Positions 18,881 to 29,081 of a stretch of 64,000 bases of DNA are shown here, piece by piece (the stretch's first letter is position 1; every line of letters starts with the position of its first letter). Source of the stretch: a virus. Taxonomy: Duplodnaviria > Caudoviricetes. The notes below the pieces were generated by a model that was not told where the DNA came from, did not search any database, and worked only from the letters and a program-made list of their open reading frames with translations. The position numbers and the translations under genes were made by a program. The DNA lies in IMG/VR virus record IMGVR_UViG_3300021400_003144; one strand, given 5' to 3'.

Positions 18881-19327
18881 TTGAGTCAAAATAGCATAGT
18901 GAGATTAAGTAAAGACAATATAAATGAGCTTCTTGATTTTTGTAAAGGAAAATATCCATTAACAAAAGAAGTTGCTCATAATATATGTATAGGAACACAT
19001 CCTGTTAATCCTTGTACTCAAGTTTATGGTGTATTTTATAATGAAAATGGAAAAAGTGAGCTTGTAGCAATAATGACTGCAACATATAGCATTGTATTTC
19101 CGCACGAAGATGGAACTAGAATAGTACATATTAGTGGGGCATATACAAAAGATAATTTCAGAAATAGGGGATATGCATCTGATTTGTTAAAGGCTATCGA
19201 AAGAGATGCAAGGGATTATTTTCATGCAGATTATATGTGTTGTGATTCAATAGCAAATGAACTATATAAGAAAAATGGATTTAAAGAACCAGATGTAGAG
19301 ACAAGATTGTGGAAACAATTATCTTAA
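18881..19327 (+). CDS. GNAT family acetyltransferase
   Basis: YTKDNFRNRGYAS acetyl-CoA motif and LYKKNGF. Confidence 0.85.
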   Translation: MSQNSIVRLSKDNINELLDFCKGKYPLTKEVAHNICIGTHPVNPCTQVYGVFYNENGKSELVAIMTATYSIVFPHEDGTRIVHISGAYTKDNFRNRGYASDLLKAIERDARDYFHADYMCCDSIANELYKKNGFKEPDVETRLWKQLS

Positions 19328-19402
19328 CTTAAAATATAGCATTGAACAGGGTTTAATCAGATAAACTACTGAGAAAGATAAAGAAGCATGATGTAAAAAC
19401 AA

Positions 19403-20086
19403 GTGTTTAAATGGAGGCTAGATAAAATGGATAATAGTGATAGGATTAAGCAGTTAGAGAGAATAGGAGTATCACCTGACAATACAACTAACTACACTGA
19501 TGGTATAGTTAACCCATATAGAAGTGTAGCATTAGCAATGATAGAGCGTGGTGAAGCAGTTCCAAATGACTTAGTAGAGCAGATAAATTACTTTGATGGC
19601 TGTAAGGTAAATACACAGGCTGAAGTTCAGGAGGATAATGTTTCAAGTGAGCTTGTAGAACAGGTAGATAACTTTGATAGTGAAAGTGATATACAGGCTA
19701 AAGTTCATGAGAACAGAGAACTTACCATTGGTTTAAATTTAATGCCAGTACTAATTATGCTTATGCTAATAACTGTACTTGGATGGTCTAGAAATACACT
19801 TAAGGAAAATACTCCGTATAATAGAATAACGGAGTTTGTATCAAGATATAACTTAAGTATACCAGAGGATAAGATTACAGAGACTATTGAAAGTATTGAT
19901 AGTAAGTTTAAAGATAACAAAATAGCTGTTGTAGAATTAATAGATGCCAATGGAAATATTAATACTTATGCACTAGATGGTACATATGTATATAGAGGAG
20001 CTGTACAATCTGAAAAATTCACTGGTATATTTAAAGTAAAAGATGATGGTTCATATGAGACAGTAGAGAGACAGGTAGAAAATTAA
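19403..20086 (+). CDS. Membrane-anchored hypothetical protein with internal duplication
   Basis: LVEQxxxFD..QAxVxE occurs twice. Central TM. Confidence 0.65.
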   Translation: MFKWRLDKMDNSDRIKQLERIGVSPDNTTNYTDGIVNPYRSVALAMIERGEAVPNDLVEQINYFDGCKVNTQAEVQEDNVSSELVEQVDNFDSESDIQAKVHENRELTIGLNLMPVLIMLMLITVLGWSRNTLKENTPYNRITEFVSRYNLSIPEDKITETIESIDSKFKDNKIAVVELIDANGNINTYALDGTYVYRGAVQSEKFTGIFKVKDDGSYETVERQVEN

Positions 20087-20134
20087 GAGTCAGCAAGTGC
20101 TAGACAATAAAAGCATGACAATAAAAGGCTGGGC

Positions 20135-21484
20135 TTGAATATGAGTATTATTAATTTTGAAAATAGGACAAGGTGGATACGTGATTATAACATAGCTAAG
20201 ACTTGTACGCCTATCAAAATAGCAAGAGATATGGTAAGTTTAATTGATGAAAAGTATTTCAATCCAGATTCAAAGTTTTTAGACATATATTGTAAGTCTG
20301 GAACAATACTTGAAGCCATAAAAGATAGATTAATGGATTCTAAAAGTATGATTGAAGCTTTTCCAAGTCAAAGAGATAGATATTATCATGTATTAGAACA
20401 TCAGATATATGGATTAGTATGGGAAGATGTAGGCATTAATTGTGAAGAAATGTCTAATATAAATGTATTTGGTACATATGTAAATAGTAACATAAAGATG
20501 TTTAAAATAGCTTCAAAGAATAAAAAAGACGCATATAAGATATTGGATAATATAACATTTTTTAAGGATGAGATACAGAAGATTTTTGGAGAAAAGGATA
20601 TGAAGTTTAACATAGTAGTTGGAAATCCACCATATAACAATGATGCATATCTTGACTTTGTTAAAGCAGGTTATCAACTTTCAACTCAGTATAGTACATT
20701 TATAACTCCTGCTAAATGGCAGGCTAAGGAGGGGTACAAGAATGAGCAGTTCAGAGAGACCATAGTTCCTCATATGAGCAAGATAGTTTATTATCCAGAT
20801 TGCGTTGATGTATTTGGAATATCAGAATTAGGTGGAATTTCTTATTACACAATTGATAAAAATAATATACACGATACTAAAGATATAATAAATAAATGCG
20901 AACTCCAACCTTTACTAAATAGCAGTATGAACAGGGAAATAAATAGTACCCTTTGGAATAGTGCACAAAGCATAATAGAAAAAATAAAAAGCAGTGATGA
21001 TTATAAATTATATGTATTACAGGACATAAAACAAAATAGAAAAACTTGTACAATAAACATAAATAAGCAAATTCCTACAGAGCGTAGTCATATATGGGAT
21101 TGGAATAATTCATGTATAGACCCAAAGTATGTAGGTCATGGTGGTTGCTTACTAAATAAAAATGATGGTAGTACACCATTACTTGGCAGAGCAAAATTTT
21201 TAAGGCATGCTGAAAATGGCTCAGGTACTTCAATAAATATATTTACATCAGATAGTGAACTTGAATGTAGGTCATTTACATCATGGGTTTACAGTAAGTT
21301 TATAAGATTTTTATTAATAATAGCATTATGCAGTAACTCAGTAATGAATGATATTACGTGGCGTTTTGTACCAGACCCTGGTAAATTTGACCACATATTT
21401 ACAGATAAAGAACTTTATGAAAAATACAATCTGACAGAAGATGAAATCAATATCATTGAGTCAATAATTAAGGAGCGTAAGTAA
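20135..21484 (+). CDS. Eco57I-like N6-adenine DNA methyltransferase, paralog of 16421-18718
   Basis: FLDIYCKSG, VVGNPPYN, ITPAKWQAK, IVPHMSKIVYYP and WRFVPDPGKFDHIFTD...IKERK. Confidence 0.85.
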   Translation: MNMSIINFENRTRWIRDYNIAKTCTPIKIARDMVSLIDEKYFNPDSKFLDIYCKSGTILEAIKDRLMDSKSMIEAFPSQRDRYYHVLEHQIYGLVWEDVGINCEEMSNINVFGTYVNSNIKMFKIASKNKKDAYKILDNITFFKDEIQKIFGEKDMKFNIVVGNPPYNNDAYLDFVKAGYQLSTQYSTFITPAKWQAKEGYKNEQFRETIVPHMSKIVYYPDCVDVFGISELGGISYYTIDKNNIHDTKDIINKCELQPLLNSSMNREINSTLWNSAQSIIEKIKSSDDYKLYVLQDIKQNRKTCTININKQIPTERSHIWDWNNSCIDPKYVGHGGCLLNKNDGSTPLLGRAKFLRHAENGSGTSINIFTSDSELECRSFTSWVYSKFIRFLLIIALCSNSVMNDITWRFVPDPGKFDHIFTDKELYEKYNLTEDEINIIESIIKERK

Positions 21485-22249
21485 ATGATATCACAATCAG
21501 TTATACTTGAAGAAATTGATAATGGGTGCTATGGTTGTTATGCTAAAGGCACTGATGGAAATAAGATTAAGAACAATGAAGGTGTTAAAAACCTATTAAT
21601 GAATGAGATAAAGACTCTAGAAGATTTAGAGTCTTTAAATAATATAAATGAATATGAAGTAGATAAGGCATTCTTAGACAAAATGAAGTATATCAAAGAG
21701 CATAAGAATGAAACTGATAATCTGATATATACAGGTGGGTTGGACTTCTTCAAAGGTTTAAAGAAAGCACTTGAAGATGGAGTTGCTGGTGACTTAGCAG
21801 ATTTGAAAGAGTGGCAGGCACTTAAAGAACAAACAGAGGCTGATATTAATGAAAAACTTAGCAAGGCTGATGCTAATGAAGCTGATGAAGAGATTGAGAA
21901 TCTTAGGAAGGAACTTGCTGATGCTCAGACTGAAATTAAGAAAATTGAAGATAAATTTAATGATGAACGTGACAACTTCATGGAGCACTATGTAGTTCCT
22001 GAGACTCAAGATACTACAGATGAATTACCTGCAAGTGTAGCTGAGGGTTTATGTTCTGATGATATTTACATTAAGAAAACAGCTAAGGCTATTGTTATTT
22101 TAGGGGTAAATAATATGTCTAGAGCATTTAGAGCTGATGATGGATATACTAATGTAAAGAAAAGACAAGATGAGAAAGCTTATAACACAATGTTTAAGTT
22201 AATGACACGAAAGAGATTTTCAGAGAAATATAATATATTCTTTATTTAA
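21485..22249 (+). CDS. Hypothetical coiled-coil protein
   Basis: Abuts the MTase stop codon. Acidic helical segment. Confidence 0.65.
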   Translation: MISQSVILEEIDNGCYGCYAKGTDGNKIKNNEGVKNLLMNEIKTLEDLESLNNINEYEVDKAFLDKMKYIKEHKNETDNLIYTGGLDFFKGLKKALEDGVAGDLADLKEWQALKEQTEADINEKLSKADANEADEEIENLRKELADAQTEIKKIEDKFNDERDNFMEHYVVPETQDTTDELPASVAEGLCSDDIYIKKTAKAIVILGVNNMSRAFRADDGYTNVKKRQDEKAYNTMFKLMTRKRFSEKYNIFFI

Positions 22250-22267
22250 TAATTAGGATGGGCAAAG

Positions 22268-23494
22268 TTGATTATGGATAACAACATTGATTATGAGAGT
22301 GAACTTGTTGACAAACTTATTGATGCAGTTTTCTTTGATGAGAATAAGACAAATACATCTGATAAGAATGATAAAGTATCTGAAGCAGAACACTCAGATA
22401 ATTCTGATAAAGCAAAAGAAGCTGATAAAGCAAAAGAAGCTGATAAAGCAAAAGAAGCTGATAAAGTAAAAGAGGCTGAGCATTCAGATAAATCAGATGA
22501 AGCAAGCAAGGCTGAAGAAACAAATGCATCTGACAAGGCTAAAGAAGCTGTTATAGCTGATGAAGTAAGACAGTTAACAGATGAGCAAACAGAACAAATA
22601 ATAAATGCTCTTGCAGATAAGATAGCTAATGGAGATAGAGCTGATATTCTAAAGCAGATAGCTAAGAAAGTGAATGAGATAAACCTTGAAAATCAGTGGG
22701 AATATACTCCTAATGAAAGTACAGGTGAGTTTAATACAAAAGATTTATATGAAGATTCTACTATAACAGCTGCTAGAGACATATTAAATAAATCTCATAG
22801 ACTCCTTATATTAGGAAGTACAGGTACTGGAAAGACAGAGTTAGCTTATCTGTTAGCTCATAAGTTTACTGGTGAAGCTGTTGCTAGTGGAGATATTAAG
22901 CTGTCAAAAGTATGTGTTATAAATGCTAGAGATGGTAAGAGCATATGGGTAGATGATGTTAACACTGAGAGATATGTAGGTGAACTAAATAGATTTAATG
23001 AGTATATAAAGAAAAATAATGAAACAGCAAGTGATGAGGCTGAGACTTGTAAATATGTGCTCATATGCAATGAAATACAGGCAAGTGATGCAGGGTATTT
23101 GTTAGGAAGTCTTTGGGAAGATGCAAATAACTCTGAAAAGAAGCTTAATAAACTTGAGGATAACCTTTATATAATCTTTACTGCTTGTACTGACCAGGAT
23201 TTTGGTATAGATGACCAGATTAAACAAAGAATAAACAGTGTTGATGTTGGTTATATAAGTAGTAAGTATCAAGATAAGCATAAAAAGATAGTTGAAGCTT
23301 ATAAAGATAAATGTAGTAACATTGAAGAAATACTTAATAACATTGAATATATAAATGATAAAGAAGAGTATTCAATTATAACTATGAGAAAGTTTATGGG
23401 TTTATTAAATGGTGAGGGTATAGAGTTCAGTGATTATATAAAAGAAACCTATAAAGATGAGGTTAGTAAAATAAAAATTAAGCAAGCAGGGTAG
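22268..23494 (+). CDS. McrB-like AAA+ NTPase with degenerate motifs
   Basis: LLILGSTGTGKT Walker A, YVLICNEIQ (cf. IIDEIN), NLYIIFTACTDQ (cf. NLYIIGTMNTAD) and IDDQIKQR. Confidence 0.7.
   Translation: MIMDNNIDYESELVDKLIDAVFFDENKTNTSDKNDKVSEAEHSDNSDKAKEADKAKEADKAKEADKVKEAEHSDKSDEASKAEETNASDKAKEAVIADEVRQLTDEQTEQIINALADKIANGDRADILKQIAKKVNEINLENQWEYTPNESTGEFNTKDLYEDSTITAARDILNKSHRLLILGSTGTGKTELAYLLAHKFTGEAVASGDIKLSKVCVINARDGKSIWVDDVNTERYVGELNRFNEYIKKNNETASDEAETCKYVLICNEIQASDAGYLLGSLWEDANNSEKKLNKLEDNLYIIFTACTDQDFGIDDQIKQRINSVDVGYISSKYQDKHKKIVEAYKDKCSNIEEILNNIEYINDKEEYSIITMRKFMGLLNGEGIEFSDYIKETYKDEVSKIKIKQAG
22404..22475 (+). repeat. 18-bp tandem repeat x4 (DKAKEA) in McrB-like linker
   Basis: CTGATAAAGCAAAAGAAG units; the fourth copy is diverged. 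Confidence 0.9.
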
Positions 23495-23503
23495 GTAAAG
23501 TTT

Positions 23504-24592
23504 ATGGGTCATGTTATAAGTGATGATACAGTTGTTGAAATGATAAGTTACCTATCTGGATTAAAGAAGAGCGATGTAAAGAGTGGCTCAAATCTTAAAG
23601 AATTGTTGAAAAAGACTATAACTGATTTAGCTAGAAAGTTATATTTGAGAAATGAGCTGTATCTTAAAAAAGCAGACATAAAGTATGATAGTGTAGAACA
23701 TATATTAAATAAGAACGGAATCTTTAGATTTAAGAGTAATGCAATAATATATAAGACTCTTAAAGAGATAGGTGGAACAGTATATTTTGATGATACTAAT
23801 GATAAAAGCAGCTCTTCTGAGGTGAATAAATCAGATGATAGCAGTAGTGAAGCAGACAAATCTAAAGAGTTTAAAGATGCTAATAACAGAAGAGTTATAG
23901 CTACAATAGCTGATAATCTTACTGAATCTGATTGGGATGTAACCTTTAGAGCTGGTTCTAAAGATAGATTGAGTTTATTGAGACTATGCAGGATGTATCA
24001 TAGGCAAGAACTGATATCAGATGTAAAGACAAAAAATCATGCAGAAGCAGTTAAGGTTGCATGGGAAAGAGAATGTGACTTATTCGAGGAAGTTATTAGA
24101 AAGCATACAGTTGATAAATTTAAGGGTAATGATATAAATGTTAGTGATACTAATAAAATAGTAAGTATTAACAGTAAAGAAAAACCATATGCTCTTAGTC
24201 TTGAGACAGATATAATTGTAAAGAGTCCTAATAAACTGATAATTATAGACTGTAAGGTTTATAAGAACATAAAGTCATGGTCACATGGTAAGCCTAAGTA
24301 CAGGTCTAATGGCAATAGATTCCAAGTCAATAGCTATATAGGAAGTGCATTACAGAAAGAAGAATATAAAAGAGACTTAGCTGAAGGCATTTTAGTTCAT
24401 TTAGTACCTACTGATGCTGATGAAGATACAATGAAGATGCATCAGGCTAACTTAACAATAGAAGATGAAAGACCTATAGAGTTATGGGTTATACAGGACA
24501 AAGGTTTAAATAGTATTTTTAAGGAGTATGATGAACTGCTAAGAACAAAGTTAGAAGCAGAGCAGGATGAAGATAAGGCTGAGATAAGCTAA
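23504..24592 (+). CDS. McrC-like PD-(D/E)XK nuclease subunit
   Basis: LFEEVIR, LETDIIV, IIIDCKVY and FQVNSY. Directly follows the McrB-like gene. Confidence 0.72.
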   Translation: MGHVISDDTVVEMISYLSGLKKSDVKSGSNLKELLKKTITDLARKLYLRNELYLKKADIKYDSVEHILNKNGIFRFKSNAIIYKTLKEIGGTVYFDDTNDKSSSSEVNKSDDSSSEADKSKEFKDANNRRVIATIADNLTESDWDVTFRAGSKDRLSLLRLCRMYHRQELISDVKTKNHAEAVKVAWERECDLFEEVIRKHTVDKFKGNDINVSDTNKIVSINSKEKPYALSLETDIIVKSPNKLIIIDCKVYKNIKSWSHGKPKYRSNGNRFQVNSYIGSALQKEEYKRDLAEGILVHLVPTDADEDTMKMHQANLTIEDERPIELWVIQDKGLNSIFKEYDELLRTKLEAEQDEDKAEIS

Positions 24593-24610
24593 GTTAGGAC
24601 AGGAGTTAAG

Positions 24611-24838
24611 ATGGTGGGCACTAATGTTATTATAATGATTGCCATATTAGTTATAGTGTTTATACTGCTTGCAATAGCTAATACTATAATATTAAAAATT
24701 CAGACTATTAAATATAAAAAGAAATACACATCAATAAATAGTGAATCTGAAACTGATACAGATGGACTGACATATGACAATATTATATACATTGGTGATT
24801 ATGTAGATAAGTCAAAGAAGTCTAAGAATAGCAAATAG
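24611..24838 (+). CDS. Small membrane protein
   Basis: N-terminal TM, AGGAG RBS. Confidence 0.6.
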   Translation: MVGTNVIIMIAILVIVFILLAIANTIILKIQTIKYKKKYTSINSESETDTDGLTYDNIIYIGDYVDKSKKSKNSK

Positions 24839-24854
24839 GTGGGGAAGTGAGTTT

Positions 24855-26867
24855 ATGGAGGCAACTTTCACAGCAACAGATATAGTATGGATGCTAGTGT
24901 TGACAGAGATACTTACAGCACTTATCATGTCATTTAAAAATAAAGCTATTAAGGGAACGAAAGAAACTAAAGAGTCAAAAGAGACAAAAGAGACTAAAGA
25001 TAAAAATGAAGAGCTTGTTTTAAAGTTGAAAGAAGCATCTGATACTGTTAAGAAGCAGAAGTTAGAGATAAATAGTTTAAAAGCAGGAAATGCAAGACTC
25101 AAGAGTTTAGTAGAGGGACTTGATAACGATAAGGGTAGTCTTAAGAGAGAAAATGAAGAGCTTAAGACAGAGAATAATAGGATTATAAAAGATAATAATA
25201 GGCTTGTAAAAGATAGTGAGATACTTATAAAAGAGAATAAGAGACTTAAGAGTTCAGTAAATAACTTAGATAAAGATTTTAATTCTCTTATACATAGAAA
25301 TACAGTGCTAAAATCAAATAATGATAAGCTTATAAAAGAGAATGATAATATTAAGGATTCATCAGGTAACTCAAGTAGATTAAATAAAGATACAAATAGA
25401 CTTAAGGCTGAAAATGAGAAACTTATAAAAGAGAATGAAAGACTTAAAAGTTCCTTAGCTAGCTTAGATAGATATGCTAATAATCTTAGAAGTTATGATA
25501 TAGGACTGCGAATGAGTAATGAGAAGCTTCAAAAATCATTAGATATCAATGTAGATGAACTTAAGGCTGAGAATACAAAGCTAAAAGCAAAGAATGAAAC
25601 TCTTTTAAAAGAGAATGAGAGTTTTATAAAAGAGAATAAACAGCTTAGAGATGCTAATAATCTTAGAAGCAAGAACATAGGGCTTAAGACTGAGAATGAA
25701 GGACCTAAGAGTTCATTAAATAAATCAGATATTGATATTACTTATCTTATGATTGCAAATGGAGAGCTAAAGGAATGTAATAAAAAACTTGTGAAAGAGA
25801 TAGAAGCTGTAAAGTCTGAATATAAAGACAAATTAAGTGAGGTGATAGCTGAAAGAGATAAGGCAAGTAACTATTTTGATTTATATAAGTTTAATTCAAG
25901 CAATGAGATAGACAATCTTACAAACGAAAATGCAGGGCTAAAGAGTGAAAATGAAAGGCTTCAGAATTTATCAAGTGGCTTAAATAAAGATGATAATTTC
26001 AAGTTTGAAAACATGGAGCTGAGAGCAGAGAATGAGAGGCTTCAAAGTGAGATAGAATCTATACAGGCTGAATGTAGAGAAAAGCTAAGTGCAGTAATAG
26101 GTGCAAGGAATAAGGAAAGTAACTATTCTGATATAGTTAAGTATAACCTAAGTGAAGAGATAGAAGATCTTAAAAATGAAAAAGATAAGCTTATAAGTGA
26201 AATAGAAACTGTAAAGTCTGAATATAAAGACAAATTAAGTAAGGTAATGGCTGAAAGAGATGAGGTAAGGAATTACCTTGATACAGTTAATAATGAGAAG
26301 TTTAAATTAAGTAAAGAAGTAGAAAGACTTAAAGATGGAAGAGATAAGACAAGTTATTACTTTGGTACACTTGATAAAGATAAGGTTAGACTATATAAAA
26401 CGATAGCAAGACTTAATGATGAGAAGGGTAGGCTAAGAACTAATTTAGAAAGTCTTAAAGTTGAAATGGATGGACTTAAAGCTGAAAATAATAAGCTGAC
26501 TAATTACTTTGGCCTAATAAGCTTCAATTCAAGCAGAGAGATAAATAGACTTAAAGCTGAAAAAGATGAGCTTATAAGTGAGTTAAAAGGTCTTAAAGAA
26601 GATGAGGATACTTTAAGATCTAATTTAGAATATACTAAAATTGAAAGAAATAAGGCAAGAGATTATATTAATATACTTAATAGGGAAAATGTTAGCTTAA
26701 GTAGGGAGCTAGAGAGTATTAAAAATGCTAAACAAAATGGAGTAAGGAATTATATTAATATAGTTAATTTTAATTTGAATGCAGAGATAGATAGTCTTAG
26801 AACTGAAAATGATAATCTTAGAGTTGAAAATGATAGTCTAGTAGAGGCAATAGAAAATCTATATTAG
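24855..26867 (+). CDS. Membrane-anchored long coiled-coil protein with internal repeats
   Basis: N-terminal TM, many LKxENxxL heptads and duplicated EIExVKSEYKDKLSxVxAERD. Confidence 0.8.
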   Translation: MEATFTATDIVWMLVLTEILTALIMSFKNKAIKGTKETKESKETKETKDKNEELVLKLKEASDTVKKQKLEINSLKAGNARLKSLVEGLDNDKGSLKRENEELKTENNRIIKDNNRLVKDSEILIKENKRLKSSVNNLDKDFNSLIHRNTVLKSNNDKLIKENDNIKDSSGNSSRLNKDTNRLKAENEKLIKENERLKSSLASLDRYANNLRSYDIGLRMSNEKLQKSLDINVDELKAENTKLKAKNETLLKENESFIKENKQLRDANNLRSKNIGLKTENEGPKSSLNKSDIDITYLMIANGELKECNKKLVKEIEAVKSEYKDKLSEVIAERDKASNYFDLYKFNSSNEIDNLTNENAGLKSENERLQNLSSGLNKDDNFKFENMELRAENERLQSEIESIQAECREKLSAVIGARNKESNYSDIVKYNLSEEIEDLKNEKDKLISEIETVKSEYKDKLSKVMAERDEVRNYLDTVNNEKFKLSKEVERLKDGRDKTSYYFGTLDKDKVRLYKTIARLNDEKGRLRTNLESLKVEMDGLKAENNKLTNYFGLISFNSSREINRLKAEKDELISELKGLKEDEDTLRSNLEYTKIERNKARDYINILNRENVSLSRELESIKNAKQNGVRNYINIVNFNLNAEIDSLRTENDNLRVENDSLVEAIENLY

Positions 26868-26897
26868 GATATATTGAAAAGTGTTTGAGGTATAGAT

Positions 26898-27293
26898 ATG
26901 AGTAGAAAGAATAGAGAAAAAGATAAGAAGCGTGAGCAGAGAATATATGAAGAGTACAAGAGGATAAAGAGAGTGAACAGTAAGCCTTATAGGATACTCA
27001 TTAAACTAGACACACTTTTATTGAACTATTGTGATTGTGTAAGTCGGTGTGGTCATAAAGATCCTTCTGGAACTTTTTTAGTTATAAACTTAATATTACT
27101 TAGTGAATATGCATTTTGTTATACTATAGTTGTGCCACAAGTTTTTGGTGAATATACAGTTCTAATAGGAACTTTAGCATTTATAGTCTTTGTAGGAACA
27201 CTAATAAAGTTATGCAGAATGTTTAAGGAGTGTAATAAGATAGACAATACATTTGTGTCTAAATCAGGTAAGGAGGATACAAAATCAGTATGA
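26898..27293 (+). CDS. Membrane protein
   Basis: Two hydrophobic segments. Confidence 0.6.
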   Translation: MSRKNREKDKKREQRIYEEYKRIKRVNSKPYRILIKLDTLLLNYCDCVSRCGHKDPSGTFLVINLILLSEYAFCYTIVVPQVFGEYTVLIGTLAFIVFVGTLIKLCRMFKECNKIDNTFVSKSGKEDTKSV

Positions 27294-27889
27294 ATTTAAA
27301 AGAAGCTGTATTACAAAGAGATAATGTACATTATGTTAATTTATATATTGATGAGATTCGTGACTATATTAGTTGCAACGTAGCTGATAGTAATGGTAAA
27401 TACATGTATGAAAATCCTGAACTCAGTATAGATGATTTGGAAGGCATAGAGTTTAATGATGTTACAGACTTTGATTTTTCTAAATGTGACTGTGCTTTTA
27501 ATGGATATCTCGTAACATTGAATGAGGAAACCATTAAAAAACATACAGATGAAAATAAAGCATATAAAGAGCTTAACAAGCTATTAATTAAAAAGTATAC
27601 TAAATATGTAGAAATGTATAAACGTAGTGAAAAATTCAGTCTAGAAGATTGGATACTATACCCATCAGCTATTATACCATTTGATGCATTTGTAGCATTT
27701 GAGGTACTTGATGCATTGCAGAATACACAATCAAATCAAAGAATACTTATACTGGGTGGATTAGCAGTTCTATGCATAGCATTTCATATATTTATAGTTG
27801 GATACTATTTAACAGATAGAGATGTACATAAAATATGTAAGGAATACAGGGAAGAATATGAAAATAAATTAAAACAAACTTTAGGATAA
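27290..27889 (+). CDS. Membrane protein, paralog of 48131-48817
   Basis: Shares GKYxxENPExxxxxLxxIxxxDVxxFxF and the TM pair. Confidence 0.7.
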   Translation: MNLKEAVLQRDNVHYVNLYIDEIRDYISCNVADSNGKYMYENPELSIDDLEGIEFNDVTDFDFSKCDCAFNGYLVTLNEETIKKHTDENKAYKELNKLLIKKYTKYVEMYKRSEKFSLEDWILYPSAIIPFDAFVAFEVLDALQNTQSNQRILILGGLAVLCIAFHIFIVGYYLTDRDVHKICKEYREEYENKLKQTLG

Positions 27890-27916
27890 AGCGAGGACAC
27901 TATGACTTTAAGTTGA

Positions 27917-28254
27917 AGTGAACCCTTGCAATAGGGATTGAATCTGTACCATACATTTCATTTACTTGCTCTATAGAGTGAACCCTTGCAATAGGGATTG
28001 AATTTTATAATAATGCTCTATGCATTCATTATAATTTAGTGAACCCTTACAATAGGGATTGAATTTATCACCGTTATCGTCGCTGTCGTAATCCTTGGAG
28101 TGAACCCTTGTAATAGGGATTGAATTGTTAGAAAACAAATTATTGACTGTTAATTATTAAAAGTGAACCCTTGTAAATAGGGATTGGATTTATTTTCTAA
28201 GTTTTTAAATATGCTATTAGGTCTATAAGCGAATCCTTGTGATAGGGATTGAAT
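27917..28254 (+). CRISPR. CRISPR array 5 (6 repeats, 5 spacers), best conserved
   Basis: AGTGAACCCTTGCAATAGGGATTGAAT (27 nt) at 27917 and 27977, with variants at 28038, 28099, 28162 and 28228. Spacers are 33-38 nt. Degeneracy increases toward the 3' end. Confidence 0.95.
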
Positions 28255-28313
28255 AGAAAAGAACTTGAGTCTAACAGGGTATTAAAAACAATTAGTGAGG
28301 TACAAATTTAATT

Positions 28314-29081
28314 ATGCATTATAATGAGGTAGATTCAGAGAATACAGACATTCCAGAGTCTGTCAGGCAAGAAAGAAGAATACGAAAAGCAAATGAAGAA
28401 AGACCATTAAGACCTGAGGAAGTATCAGAAGCTTATGAAACTGGTAATTTTAACAAGCTGGCTGATAGATATGAAGAGCTAGGGTATGCTAGTCTTGCAA
28501 AGCAATACAGGAACAAAAATAAAGAAGAAAGCAAAAAGAAAAGTAATAAGCTACTAAAATTCTGTATATTATTCATAATTACATTTATAATTGCACTATT
28601 TTCAATTTATATGTATTCAGAATACAAGGTAAGTATTATAGAAATTGCAATAAGTTCATTGCTTATATCATTTGTATTATATATGTCATTTTTTTCTGAG
28701 CATGTACATATACTAATTATAATCAAGCATTGTCTTGTGTTTATTGGTTCAATACTTATTATTGGTTGCATTTTTATATCTGTTATAGCATGCTTTGTGG
28801 ATATTAAAATACCTGTAAATAAGGTACAACAAGAATCAGTACAAGAGGTTACACAGGAGACAGAAGTAGAGACAGAGGCAGAACTATCAATATGGATAAC
28901 TACTACACGTGTAAAAGTAAGGACTGAACCCAATGTAAATTGTACTGTACTTGGTGTATTAGATGCAGGTGTACAAGTAGATTATAAAGGAGATGCTAAT
29001 GCAGATTGGATAATCATAAATTATAATGGACAAGAGGCTTATGTAGCTAAACAGTACATTGAAGTAGTAAAGGGTGATTAG
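28314..29081 (+). CDS. Membrane protein with C-terminal SH3b domain
   Basis: 3 TM segments, then TTTRVKVRTEPN..VLGVL..G...WIIINYNGQEAYVAKQYI. Confidence 0.85.
   Translation: MHYNEVDSENTDIPESVRQERRIRKANEERPLRPEEVSEAYETGNFNKLADRYEELGYASLAKQYRNKNKEESKKKSNKLLKFCILFIITFIIALFSIYMYSEYKVSIIEIAISSLLISFVLYMSFFSEHVHILIIIKHCLVFIGSILIIGCIFISVIACFVDIKIPVNKVQQESVQEVTQETEVETEAELSIWITTTRVKVRTEPNVNCTVLGVLDAGVQVDYKGDANADWIIINYNGQEAYVAKQYIEVVKGD

Noticed and set aside
24855-26867. SMC protein or tape measure protein
   Set aside because: No Walker motifs or hinge, and no tail gene context.
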